DNA of 63,577 bases, the filler included, from Dimorphilus gyrociliatus (lineage: Eukaryota; Animalia; Annelida): NCBI GenBank assembly GCA_904063045.1. It is 4 parts of 4 records of this genome, joined end to end, with 100 filler letters (N's around TTAATTAATTAA, not from the genome) between each part and the next. Parts side by side here need not be neighbours in the genome. Positions count along the whole stretch, not along the records: positions 25,121 to 42,924 come from CAJFCJ010000210.1; 3 more parts are not named here. The stretch is one strand, 5' to 3'. The translations under genes and the position numbers were made by a program. This document shows, one piece after another, positions 25,121 through 37,860 of the stretch. Numbering within the stretch: position 1 is the first letter of the stretch; every line of letters starts with the position of its first letter. The notes beneath the pieces were generated by a model that saw nothing but the letters and a program-made list of their open reading frames with translations, did no database searches and was not told the origin of the DNA.

Positions 25121-26680
25121 TTAAAATCTTCATGTTCGTCTCTATTGGATATAAACATTTCTAGATGTAATTTAGATGATATGCAAGCCGTTTCATTAAG
25201 CGATTTATTGGTACTTTGCCAAAATTTAGAAAATATTAATTTAAATACCAATGCCAATCTTGGAAAAGGATTTAAAGGAATTTGTAAAGGATTGAAATCT
25301 TCTTCCTCTTCTCTACTAGCAATAAACTTTGTTGGTTGTGGATTATCCGAAGAGCAAGGTATTTGGTTAGCCGATTTATTAGCAGATTGTATTGTAATAA
25401 CAGAAATTAATTTAATGAATAATTCTCAATATACAAAGAGTTTTGGTATGATATGCGACAGTTTACAGTCGTTATCTTCCTCCAAATTGATATTCAATAT
25501 TGAATTGGCCACTTTAAATCCATTGAATATCTCCTATTTAACCAGTCTACTAAGAATAAATACAAATCTTTATTTAGAAAATATTGAATTATGTTATTCT
25601 CCTCTATCTGAAGAGAAAGTCTTTCTATTGAATGATTTGTTATCTGTATGCTCCAAACTACAAAAAGTCACTTTTGGCGGAAGTAACGCTCTTTGTGCTG
25701 GATTTGAAGGATTATGTCGAGGATTAAATTGCTCTTCTTCCACTTTGCAAGTAATTGACCTTTATCAATGTCTTTTAGAAGAGCAACAAGGATTTTGGTT
25801 AGCCGATTTATTAAGAGAATGTACTCAACTACAAGAAATTAACTTATCTATGAATAAATCTATTAATAAAGCATTTGAAGAAATATGCAACGCTTTAAAA
25901 TCTTCTTCCGGTTCTTTGTTAAAAATAAGTCTTTCTAAATGCCAATTATCGATGGAAAATGGCGTTAATTTGGGTAATTTATTAAAATATTGTAGAAAAT
26001 TTAAGGAAATTATGTTGGAAGAGAATTATCAAACAAATTTGAAGATGATATTCAAAGGATTAAAATCAACATCTTACCTTTCAAACATTAATATAACTCA
26101 TTGTGGTTTAAAAGAAAGTGACGCTATATGTTTGAGTGACATGTTGAAGAGTTCCTTCTCTATAGAAGAACTTCATTTAAGCAACAATTCTCTATTTGGT
26201 AATAATTTTTTACAAATATGCAATGGCTTAAAAAATTCACGTAACACTTTGAGAGTTGTTGTCATGTGTCGTTGTAATTTAGGGGAAAATGAAGGAATAT
26301 TTTTAGGTAATTTATTTGGAGAATGCTCTGCTCTTGAATGTATAGATTTGGGTTTTAATCAACAACTTGGAAATGGATTTGAAGCAATTTTTAAAGGGTT
26401 AAAATTTTCAATATCAACTTTGCTATCAATTAGAATAAATAGCTGTAATATTATTGAGGCGCAAAGTATTTTATTAAGCGATTTACTAAAACTTTGCAAA
26501 AGTCTTCAAAATATGGATTTAAGTGGGAATAAAAATTTAGGAGTAGGACTAGAAAAAATGTGTGACGTCATAAAGTCATATCCGTCTTTGTTGTATATTA
26601 ATTTTCTTAATTGCGAATTATCTTGTGAACAGAAACAATGGTTAAGTGTTTTGAAAAAAGATCATGTAATAATTATGTAA
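25121..26680 (+). CDS. RI/NLR-type LRR protein, 5'-truncated by the gap
   Basis: Frame is open from the spacer edge (LKSSCSSLLDINISRC...). About nine 57-aa double repeats: GF..IC.GLKSS..SL..INL..C.L.E.QG..L.DLL..C..L..INLS.N. Confidence 0.85.
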   Translation, partial: LKSSCSSLLDINISRCNLDDMQAVSLSDLLVLCQNLENINLNTNANLGKGFKGICKGLKSSSSSLLAINFVGCGLSEEQGIWLADLLADCIVITEINLMNNSQYTKSFGMICDSLQSLSSSKLIFNIELATLNPLNISYLTSLLRINTNLYLENIELCYSPLSEEKVFLLNDLLSVCSKLQKVTFGGSNALCAGFEGLCRGLNCSSSTLQVIDLYQCLLEEQQGFWLADLLRECTQLQEINLSMNKSINKAFEEICNALKSSSGSLLKISLSKCQLSMENGVNLGNLLKYCRKFKEIMLEENYQTNLKMIFKGLKSTSYLSNINITHCGLKESDAICLSDMLKSSFSIEELHLSNNSLFGNNFLQICNGLKNSRNTLRVVVMCRCNLGENEGIFLGNLFGECSALECIDLGFNQQLGNGFEAIFKGLKFSISTLLSIRINSCNIIEAQSILLSDLLKLCKSLQNMDLSGNKNLGVGLEKMCDVIKSYPSLLYINFLNCELSCEQKQWLSVLKKDHVIIM

Positions 26681-26885
26681 TAGCAATGAGACTGTTTATA
26701 CTTTATCCATATTATTATCTGATTTCCTATACTAAGTATTACTTAATACATATCCTCCGTTTATCAGATTTAACCTTTACCCTCTCATAGAGTAATCTTA
26801 AAGCCACTGTTAAAACCATAAATTTCTATTTATAATCATTTTAAAACCTTTAAACAATACACAGTAATCACTGAAAAATTAAAGA

Positions 26886-27554
26886 ATGGGAAAGGGATTT
26901 TTTGATATTTGTGAAGGACTCAGACAATCGTCAAATAGTTTAAAAAACATTAATTTGTCTAGTTGCGATTTGAATGATGAACAAAGTAAAAAGTTGGGAA
27001 ACTTGCTTCAAAATTGTTTTAAAATAGAAAAACTAAGTTTAATTGGCAATAAGAAATTTGGAGAGGGATTTTTTAAGATATGTGAAGGACTTGAACAATC
27101 ATCAAACACTTTAAAACACTTGTGTTTGTCTCGCTGTGGTTTAAGGGAGGAACAAAGTGAGAAGTTAGAAATTTTGCTTCAAAATTGTTCTGAAATAGAA
27201 ACATTAACTTTAAGTAACAATAATAGAATAGGAAAGGGATTTTTTAATATTTGGGAAGCGCTTCAACAATCATCAAACACTTTGAAAAATCTTGATTTAA
27301 CGTATTGTGGTATGAATGAAGAATTGAGTAAATGGTTGGGAAATTTTCTTCGAAATTGCACCAAAATTGAAGTAGTATCTTTAACTTTTAATGCCAAGAT
27401 GGGAAATGGATTTTTTGATATTTGTGAAGGACTTGAACAATCATCAAACACCTTAAAGTATCTGGTTTTGTCAGGATGCGCTTTGAATAAAAACCAAAGT
27501 AAAGAATTGTTTAATTTGATTACAAATTGTTCTAAGATAGTAATAAGAACTTGA
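26886..27554 (+). CDS. RI-type LRR cassette (four 57-aa units) with decayed flanking units; possibly a pseudogene
   Basis: Starts at an internal repeat Met (MGKGFFDICEGL...). A frameshifted degenerate unit continues to ~27700 (LIGNK...ERLQQLFNTFKCL). Confidence 0.7.
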   Translation: MGKGFFDICEGLRQSSNSLKNINLSSCDLNDEQSKKLGNLLQNCFKIEKLSLIGNKKFGEGFFKICEGLEQSSNTLKHLCLSRCGLREEQSEKLEILLQNCSEIETLTLSNNNRIGKGFFNIWEALQQSSNTLKNLDLTYCGMNEELSKWLGNFLRNCTKIEVVSLTFNAKMGNGFFDICEGLEQSSNTLKYLVLSGCALNKNQSKELFNLITNCSKIVIRT

Positions 27555-28300
27555 TTGGCAACAAAATAAAGCAAATTTGACTTTTTTGATAATTTTGAAA
27601 GACTCCAACAGTTATTCAACACTTTTAAGTGTCTTTATATGTTCAATCGTAATTTGAATAATGTACACCATTAACAAATTGGTAAATTTTGTTTAAAACT
27701 TTTTACCAATCTTTAATAAATGTATAAAATCAGATATATTTCCAGAGATCATCAATCTCCTGCTACATATCTTCTTCTCTGCATTTGCTTTAACTAAAAG
27801 CAATATCTTATATCTACCAACTCTGCTTCCCTAGCCAGCTTTCTTACCAAATTATAAATTATAGGGTAATATGCTCAAGGTTCTATTTACATTTAAAAGT
27901 ATGTTTTTGACATTCAGCAATATGAAAATTATTATTTAAACGAAGGAAGGAAAGGGTCGTCTTACAAAAATATTGCATTTCCATTGCCCGATATTCGGAA
28001 TTGTTCCTATTCACTATCACAGCTACAGAATGGAGGCTGGAACAACTCAGATCATGACAGAACCTGTTAGTTATTTGTAATGAAAAATCATAAAGTTTAC
28101 TGAAGTGATGAAACATATATCTGGAGTAGACTGCACCACGCGAAAAAAGGAAAATGCCTACATTCAAACCAGAAATCTAATATTCTCTTCTATAATTACT
28201 TTAGATCTACTCTTTAATAACTACTTAAATACATATATGTTCTCTTCTGAAAGAGATTTTTAGAAAGATTTCCAACGCCGAATACATCATTTGATGTTGG

Positions 28301-28510
28301 GGCCAACAGAAAACGTCCCCAAGTGAGATTTTTGAAAGCAACATTTCAAATTGAAAAGTGGTTAGCAGGAGTAAAGTAGATTTTGATTTGTAGTTAGGGG
28401 GGTTCCATCTAAGGGTTAGGGGTAATTAAAAAGATTAGAGAGAGAGACAAGGGCTAGGCCAGGGTTAGGGTTAAACCATGCATTTGGGGACGTTTTCTGT
28501 CGTATCGCCT
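28301..28510. mobile_element. MITE/HINE-like element with a perfect 17-bp inverted repeat and internal TTAGGG motifs
   Basis: ACAGAAAACGTCCCCAA (28306-28322) and TTGGGGACGTTTTCTGT (28484-28500); internal GGGTTAGGGG and AGGGTTAGGGTTA. Confidence 0.7.
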
Positions 28511-28592
28511 CTAAATTATTCTTTAATTATTTGTTTATTTATCTCTATTTGGAATAATTTATTTGCTGTGTTCATAATCCTTCAACAGACTT

Positions 28593-28955
28593 TTACTTAA
28601 AATACATATATGTTCTTTTCTGAAGGAGTTTTTTAGTAAAATTTCCAACACCTAATAGATTATTTGCAATTAAATCTGCATTCTCTCTCTGCACAAATTT
28701 CATCAATAGGAAATATTTTTGTTTATTTTTGCCACTTTTCTGAAATATATAGATATATCTTATATATAGTTTTAAAGTTTTACACTTATTTCTATTCATA
28801 TTATTATTTATTCGCACCATAATATAAATGTTAGGGTAATCAATAGAGCTATTATAAGAAAAACCCAGTCCATGAATCATTTTTAATAATTGGCAAATAT
28901 CCCTTAAAAGGAGAAATATATTTCTAATAGTATAGAAATTTCTTTTGGTATTCAT
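28593..28955 (-). pseudogene. Relic homologous to 24451-24633; its ~75-bp segment at 28595-28670 is duplicated at 28221-28295
   Basis: NFYTIRNIFLLLRDICQLLKMIHGLGFSYNSSIDYPNIYI aligns with the 24451 ORF; the nucleotide duplication was read directly. Confidence 0.4.
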
Positions 28956-29391
28956 TACTTCTGAAGGAGTTATGACTTTCCTTTGAAAGAGAATATTTTC
29001 ATTTCCTTCTATTAAACGTAGAACTGAAGAAAATAGCCTCTAAGTTATAGTCTATGGTTTATAAAAGAAAGTAGGGCTGAGAAAATTCATCCCAATTTAT
29101 GAATAATTGAAGGTTATGTTTAACTTGAAAGAAATCTACCCCATCTTGAATTTTTTTCAATATTTAAAAATCCAAGATGCAATAGAGTTCTTTGATAAAA
29201 CTTATCAAAAAGGGAACTAATTTTCCCGCGAATTATGGAGAAAATGTCCATGTTAAATCTTACATTGGGAAAGACATTCTTCGACGGCATTGTTAAGATT
29301 ATGTTTTCTAAAATTGAAAATATTTCATATTTAATAAATGACATAAAATAAAAAAATATGTAAATGTGTATAATACATTTCATTTGAGCGT

Positions 29392-32300
29392 TTAATCTTT
29401 GAAGCATTGTAGTGCGATCTAATATCTCTAAAAGTATATAATAAAGGATTTATAACTGAATTAATTGGTAAAATAACGATGATTATTGCTACGTAGACAT
29501 CTTTCTTTAGAAATAATTGAAAGAAAACTGAATAGATTCCTAGAAAGGAAAGGGAATGTTTTTATTGGTGTGTTGTTAAACAATGTTAAATATTTAATAC
29601 CTAAAAGAGAAACCGGAAGCCAACAAATTAAATTTGTAGATACAATTAAAAATGCATTAAATATTAATTTTTTCTGTTGACGTTGAAATTGATGTATATC
29701 GATTAAATGTTTAGATTTAAGCGTCTCTTTCCAAATGTTTATATAAAGAAATATGATAATAAAACATATGATTGATATTAATAGTCCAAATATTATAAAA
29801 GAAAAAATCCATCCATTCAACTTTTCGCTTGTAATATGTAAAGTAAAACAAACTGGACTGTTTGAATAATACATCTACGTTTTGAAAAAAAGAAAGATTT
29901 TCTCTTTTAGACGCTATATTTCTTATTATTGATAAGATACCAACGTCAAATGTGTATAAAGGTAACGACGATATAAAACCGGATATGATAAACATAAAAA
30001 CAACTACGCAAGCCGAGTTGACCGGTGTAAATATTCTTTTGAATGGATAAGCAATAATTAAATATCTTTCAAGCGATATCAATAAGAGACTCTGAGCTGA
30101 AATTAATATTGAACAGCTGCAAAACCATCCAACAATTTTACAGGATATACTATTTCTCCATTCGTAATCGTTATCAATATAATTTCCCCTAAAATAGATA
30201 TCGTAACTGCCAATTATCATCAGATAGATTGAGATACATAAATCGGAGAAGGATAGGCTTAAATGAAAGAGATTTTTTTGTTTTTTCCTTATAATTCCCC
30301 TAAACAACAGAGATATAGAATTTTCAATAAAAGCAAATATCGATAGAATCCAAAGTGTTGATTTAATTGTTTTAGATTCAAGAAGATCTTTACAAGAATT
30401 GAATAAAGCATCAGTTGGTTTACAAATTTGAATAAATTTCAAAAACTTCCAAGCAAAACAACAAAATGAAAAGTGCTGACTATAAAGAACTTTTAATGAT
30501 TTTAACGGTTTAATTAAAGAACTCTTATGTTTTAAAGGGATGAATGTATCCTTAAGAGACAATTCTTCTAAACCAGTTAAATATTTAAATGAATCTCTAT
30601 GAAAATCATGAATGTAAGAGTTCAAAATATTCAAACTAACAAGATTATTTAAATCTTTAAATAGATTTTTAGATAGAAATTGAATGTTGGTTTGACTGAA
30701 TTCAATTGTTTTTAATATACTGAAATATCGTAATGTAAATTTATTATTTAAATTTAAAATTGTCTTTCTAATAATTAATTTTTGTAATTTTTTTAATGGA
30801 TATGATAAAGTTAATGTCCAATTTTCACTTTGATAATCTTCTATATGAAGAACAGCAAGATTTGGAAATGATTTGGATATTGGACCGTCTAATTTTGATA
30901 TATTGTAAAATGATAACCATACGGTATTAAATGATTGATTAGTCAATATTTTTGAATTTTTCTTCTTCATTTCTAGATTTGAAATATTGATTTGTTTATA
31001 TTGAGAAAATAGAATATCTTTTAAAAGTTGAGCATTAAAGACTATTCCATTAAAAGAACATTTCATTAAAGAATATTGTTTGCATGTACAAATCGTTGGA
31101 CAGAATATGTCAATTTTACAATGAAATTCATCATTTCCTTTACTGCAATCAATTATTTTATTGCAGACATCACTTAAAGGAATAAACGTCATTTCGTCTC
31201 TGCACTTAAAGTAGCCTTTTGGTCTAAAATTGCCTAAAATATTTATAATAAACATTCTGACAAGCTGTTCAATTTAGAGATTGAATGATTAAAATAAAAG
31301 GACTGACCGCAATCAATCTCATCGTCGAAATGAGTACAATGAACAATACCATCGCATACTTGTTTAATTGATATACAATAATTACTCTTTTTGCACAAAT
31401 ATTCTCCAGTTGGACAAAATCTTTTTGAACAATTGTTCAAAGCGTTGAATGGAAAATGAACTTTTGTCAATAGATTTCCCATTGAATTATATCTAACTTG
31501 ACATTTATTTTCTACATTTCTTTCAAAGTATAAACAATCTTGAGGATTAAGATTATTGAAATACGTTGAACAATTATCTTCACTTTCGTCTTCTCCATTC
31601 AAACAATTCGCTTGTAAATCGCATACCTTATTTTTTGATATACAATTTTCATCACATTTTTTACGATTAAATGTTTCGCAATCTATAAAAAAGAAAGATA
31701 AACGAAATTCTAAGCCTATGACTTTGGAAAGATGAACTAAAGGCATGCTATCTGTATCATTTATAATGAATTTTTTACTAGGACAATCTTCATCACTGAC
31801 GTCGAAACAATTGCGTTCATTGTCACAAAGATACTTTTCATTAATGCATTGATTGTTTCTGCATCTATAAAGAAAAGTTTTATGGATGAGAGGATCACGT
31901 GATAATTGTATTGTTGAATTTACATAGTATTCCCTTCATTTAAATTGCAATATGGCCTATCTGAAATATATAAATTGAATAATAATTAATTCAAAATGTA
32001 ATATCATTAGAACAATACGGCAATCATTTTCATCCAAATGATTTGAACAATCAGCCATATAATCGCAAACAAATTGAACAGGAATTGTTGAATTTGAACT
32101 GCAATTGAATGTTTGAATAGATGAACAATTCTTTTCATCTTCATTTGAAAAACAATCGTTATAACCATCGCAAACGTTTATTTGGCTTATACAAATATCG
32201 TCGCTAATACAATGATAAGTATTTTTTGGACATTCAACAAAGCTTTCATTCTTTAATTCATTGGATAAGAAAATATTGAATGTATCTTGAAAAAATAAAA

Positions 32301-35127
32301 ATCAATTAGTGAGGATAAACAAGTGAAAAATAAAGAAAAAGATATAAGAACATGGTTGCCTGCAAAAGGTTTCTTCTAGAGTTTTTCTTTCGCAATCATA
32401 AGGTACTTTGTAATATCTTAGACTCCTAATATGTCGATTTGTAGTGAAAAGTAGAAAGCAAAATTCATCATTTAATAAATGAAAAGTGTTTGAAAATAGT
32501 ATTTTATCAGTTCCGGTTAAACAATCCGTCAAATATCTATTTAAAAAATATTAAACGTCTAATAATGTAGAGACGTTAATCATCAAAAATTTTACTGATT
32601 TTTAAAAATGGCGTTAAACTCGTAATATTCAACAGGTATTCCATCATCGTATACAACATTTTGCATTCCTCCAGCATTTTTAACCAGTCTATATTCTTTA
32701 TTAGATTATGTTTTTTTAAAAATTGAATTACGGTTAAAAATTGAATGACTTCTCTTTATTACTTCCAGCAATAGTCTTCCTATTGTCGATAAATTTTGAA
32801 CTTCCGCTATCATCTATAAAAGACGATAAAAATATATATTCATCATTTGACATATATAGTAAAGTTGAATTGAATTTTTCGCATTCTCTCGAAGCTTCGT
32901 TTATCGATTTTTTTCTCTTATATTTAATATTTATGTAGCAAGCATCATTAAATTTGAAAGAATTTGGATCAACGCAAGTAATTTCTGTTAGAACAGATAA
33001 TTGAGGTTACTTTAACTATTTTATTAATTATAACAATTACCATTATTGTTTTTGCATTCAACTGAAATTGCAACAGTTTCTCCTTGTTTTCTAGAGAAAA
33101 ATTTTGAAAATTAATAAGAAAATTATTCATATCTTCTTTGAAATGACTCACCTTTTAATTGATGAATTATGAAATGTAAAATGGCAACTAGAGAAATTAT
33201 TCATCTTTGAGCATTGGATAGAAAAAAAGTCTTCTTCAAATAGATGTCTCGTAAAGCCTTTTTCACTCAATTTTAAATGCCCAGTCTTATATCCAAGCAG
33301 ATTGCATATATTTACTATTTCAAATGTTTTCAAAGTCTTCGATATGGCTGTATACCAAAATGTATTGTGGTATAGAAATAACAATCCAGAAAAGGCTTGA
33401 GGATTGATTGATTCTCTATTATTAACAGATAAATAATGATTTTTGCTGTTCAATAGGATGAGATCATAATCTAAAAACAACAATAGCAATACAATGAAAC
33501 TAAAGTACTGTTTAAAAGAAAAATTGGGAAAGATTATCAACGGCCACAAATGAGGTATTTTTGAAGGTTAAATTGAAGGTCGGAAAATGATTACAAGAAG
33601 GAATAGGATTGCTATTGATGTGTACTTATGAAGGGGAGAGGAAGGGGGGAAAGGTTCAATGGAAAGGTTAGGGTAAAAACCATAGGTTTGTGACCGTTTT
33701 CCACTATATCAAAAAAAAAAGCATATACTCTTAAAAGTTTGTTTATCCAGGCATTGAGGCGTAATTGTCAAACTTGCTTGGAAACCATCAATTAGATGAC
33801 AATCGTTATATATACTACCAGTCCATTTACAGGAACCAAGCACGGGTGGTAACTTCGCCTCCAAATGAACATTCATTTCTGGGCAATAATTCAACTACGG
33901 AGAGACTTTATAAGTAAAGAAAAAAGAAAAAAGATTACGTTTACTTTATATCCATAGTAGAATTTCTTTGGATGTTCAATTGGTAAAGAGAGTTTTTCAT
34001 CCATTTTGCAGATTACTGAAGCAATTTCAAATTTTCTTGTAGGATTTTCAAATAATAATGGAAGATGACCAAACGTTTTTGACGCGATAATAAATGATGT
34101 TCTATTTGGATATTTATGTTTAAAAAGAAATCTATTATGAAACAATGACGCCTTTTTTATAAAAGAATCTATAAACAAAACAAAAGAAGAATAATATTTC
34201 TGTTCACTTTGTCAATAAGAGAAAAAAAAAACAACCGTTTAGTTCATTTTTTAAACAAGAAACATTGTTGAAATCTGATAAATTCACTGATTCAATAGAT
34301 TTGAATTGAATGATACCATTACTATAATTAACATACATTACTCTATTATCAATAGATGTTTCACTAGTAGTATTTTTATAAAATTCAATCTTATTGCACA
34401 ATTTACGAAGCGTTTCGCCTTTTCTTTTCAATAGAATAAAAGTTTTTCTTTGAATTCTAATAAAAAGTTGATAGATTTGTTTCCGAGTGAAAAGCATTGA
34501 AAATAGGACTATTTATAATAGAATTGAAATAATGAATTAATTAAAATAATTAAATAATAATATTAATACATGGTAAATGAATTTTAAAACATTTTAGACA
34601 GAATGAAGCCGAATAAGTAGATTGTTTGGTAATAACTTTTCTGTTTGGTGTAAATATTTTTGTTGTTTAAAGAAATAAATTATCAATTCTTACAAAACAT
34701 TTTGTCCTTTCCACTTGATTGGCATTAGTGATAAATTATCTATTAATTAATGAATTATTTACTGATTTATCAATAATATTTTTAATTTCTAATATTTAAA
34801 ATACATTCCATTATTTGGATCGCAAGCCTCAGCTATAAAATGAATATGATCGTATCCAAGGATTTCACATAATTTTTCATGATTTTCTTTCTCTATTCCC
34901 ACTCCAAACGCGATATAAACAGTTTCATTCGTATGTTTTACTTTAGCATAGATTTTTCCATAGATTGAAATATCATTTTCAATTAAAGGTTTTATAAAAT
35001 ATTTTAAATTTTCATCATCCAAATAAGAATAAAGAGTTGGATTGTTGTCTTGCGAACAAGAATCAAAGCCAAAAATCATTGGTAACATTGAATAGAAAGT
35101 AAAGGTGTAAATCATTTCGTCAAGCAT
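29392..35127 (-). CDS. GRL101-like receptor 2: degenerate SRCR-like N-terminus, LDLa repeats, LRRs, 7TM with intact motifs (multi-exon, span approximate)
   Basis: LCEILGY and ICNLLGY..IQC SRCR-like exons. LDLa repeats at ~31243-32300. LRR and TM1-4 in 29717-31255 (SFSDLC, ISLERY). TM5-6 in 29461-29874. Last exon GIYSVFFQ...ILPINSVINPLLYTFRD...KD* ends at 29392. Confidence 0.8.
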
Positions 35128-35515
35128 TATTACCGTATTAAGAGGGGCGTATTTTCAATTTTATTAATTTGCTGTCTGTGTAAAGTTTTATCAACAAATG
35201 AATTAATTTTCATTGTAAAATATACGTAACAAGTGTAATATTTCAATAATTAACTCTATTATATACAGTATATATTCTTGTATAGTTGCTGTTTAAAATC
35301 TTTATTTTATTGTTTCTGTGACAAACTGTTGCAAATTGTGATGTATTCTACATCCGACCTAGCCCTAAGCTCTCTACTCTTAATGGTTGGATATTTGTTC
35401 GACTTTTGGGAATATAGACGTGGTGTCACATTTTGTTTTTTGTACATATGAAGAAATTTGATAAAAAACAATGTTTGTCAATGAAAATTCATCAAAAAAT
35501 GATTTAGGATACAAT

Positions 35516-36541
35516 TTATGCTAATAAATTTGAGTACAAACCTCTATTCCAAGTGTTTTTAATATCATCGTCAGATTTAAATGAATTTGACCATTTGAAT
35601 GCGTAAATATTGCCGCGAAAATCTAATCCCCTACAAGCGAATGTACATGTTCCCAGATCAAGTGGATTCGATTGACCTTTACCAACTACAGTGAAACTAC
35701 CATATTTAATACCGTTTAAATAATAATACAGTTTTTGTACACTTTTTTCGTAGACAAATGCAAAATATGTGACAAGATCGTCCTTTATTGGTTTCATAAC
35801 TACTCCGTCCTTTACACCATCCTTTGTATGGATTAAACCTCGCCCATTTAATGATATTTTTGGTGCAAGATGATGGAATTTAGAAAATGAATAGATTAAT
35901 TCATCGTCCGAATAGTCGCTTGGCAGCAAATATTTAACAAAGATTTCTACTGAAAAATCTGTATTGTTTTTCATAAAATCATCATCTGAACTAATCTGAA
36001 AATATAATGAAAAAATTGAGCACTTTCAGGGAAGTAATAGTCTTATTTACATTATGAATAAAAGTCAACATAGGCCTATCAAAGTCAGTAATAAATTACT
36101 ATATACAGTATAGTAGACCGATGAATAAATAAATATCTATTAATAGATTTATTAATATCTATATTTTATGCTCTGCTTTTACGAATTGCTCAAAAGCTAG
36201 TAAGGATTTGTCTTAAGGGAAAAAACCAACCTGTAAGTAGTTTTCATGTGCAAAATAAACAAAACCCTTAGAATTGTATGTAGCACCATTGCCAATAATA
36301 GTTCCAAACTTATTTAATCCTCCATCATCGTACAGTACTGTATTTTCTGCTATGATTTCATTTTTTGTTATATTGTACCAATCGTACAGCAAAACGGTAT
36401 CATTATCTTTAAAAAGGTAGCGTTGTCTCGAATATCCTAAAAGTCAAACAAACAAACAATGTTAAGGGATAAAATTAAATAAAAAACTAAACCTAATTGA
36501 AAAATTTGAAGAAAGAGGTAAAATGTTAAAAATTCTGTCAT
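35516..36541 (-). CDS. Secreted LamG/concanavalin-A-like (pentraxin-like) domain protein, three exons
   Basis: Signal exon MTEFLTFYLFLQIFQLG (ATG at 36541), exon ~36235-36439 (LLYDWYN...YDDGG), exon 35516-~35995 (DFSVEIFVKY...FAFVYE...LYYYLNG...F.GNIYAFKW). Confidence 0.7.
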
Positions 36542-37788
36542 GTTTCCAACGTAGATTGATTCGCACTGCAAAAAGAAAATTTTGCAGTTGTTATTTCAAC
36601 AATTAAATTATTAGTATAAAAGAATAAACCATTGTCATTTTATATAAATATTTAAAAAACTGTTCTATATTTCACTTTATTTTGTAGACGAAATCGTTGA
36701 CATTAACTTGTGTAAGTTCTTTTAAACAGACCATTCAGAATATGAGTAATTTGAGCTATATATCCGCTTATATGGACACGCGTAGTTTAAACATATGTTT
36801 CTTATTTAATGAAACTATTGCACTGGCTAAAATTTTTCATTGTCCATGATCTAGTTCTCAGAAAAAAGGTCAATGAATTGTGAAATCCTAAAAGAGGAAG
36901 GGGAAAAAAATTATCTTTCGTTTATGCTGATTGTTAAAGAATGAGAAAGAGTCTGAATAGTTTAAGCCATACAAAGAGTGTATATGTGTGTGTGTGCGTC
37001 TCTTGTTCAAACATTTCATTTGTAGGTTTTTCCCAATTCTAAACCTAATTAAACCTTATCTTAGATTTCGCAATTTTTAATAAATACTTACAACAATATT
37101 TATGACGGGAACCTAAGTTTATCAGCTAAAGAAATTAACAAACCTTCAAAGCTATTCAACATATTTCAAGTGGATAATTCGTCGCGAAAAGTTTTTTAGA
37201 TTTTTTAACTTGAATTTTTTTACACTCGACTATTTCGTTGTTTCGTAATAATTTAATTAAAATTATCTTATCCCACTATTTAATCCATGTGATAATTCGT
37301 TCCATTTCGAATGATTTTGCAGAAGAAAAACGTAATGTCCAACAATTTTCCGAACTTTCTCTACTTAAAGTTCGTTCCATTTTTGGCTTATAGTTTGGTT
37401 GAAAAAGTTCAACGACCTTAGGAAAAGTTTATCCTTTTACTAGTTCTAAAGACATACTTTGCACTTTAAGCCATTTTCTCTCTTTAATTTCATAATCTAC
37501 CATTAAAAGAGTGTTAATTAATTATGAAAAAATAAATCTAATTTCATTACGTAATCAGTGATTATTGTAGAATTTTTTTTGACCCAACTATTCTTACATA
37601 AAATCTAAAATTATCAAAAGAAAATACCCAAAAATACATCAATTTTCCAAGTAAAGCCAAGAGCAAACATTTCGAAGAAAGATCAAAGGTTTAATTTATG
37701 ATAAAGAGCAGCTGATTATGCCGTGGTATGTTTTTAGTCCATAGATCAAATTTTGGAATATTGCATCAGTAATTGTGAGTGAAATTTT

Positions 37789-37799
37789 CTATATAAATA
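37789..37799 (+). promoter_or_regulatory. Candidate TATA box of the deaminase gene
   Basis: CTATATAAAT about 65 bp upstream of the ATG at 37861; AT-rich background weakens this. Confidence 0.3.
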
Positions 37800-37860
37800 G
37801 GTTTTAACTTTTTGATTTGCCTAGACAATTGAAAAAAGTTATTGGGAAAGAAGTTACGAA

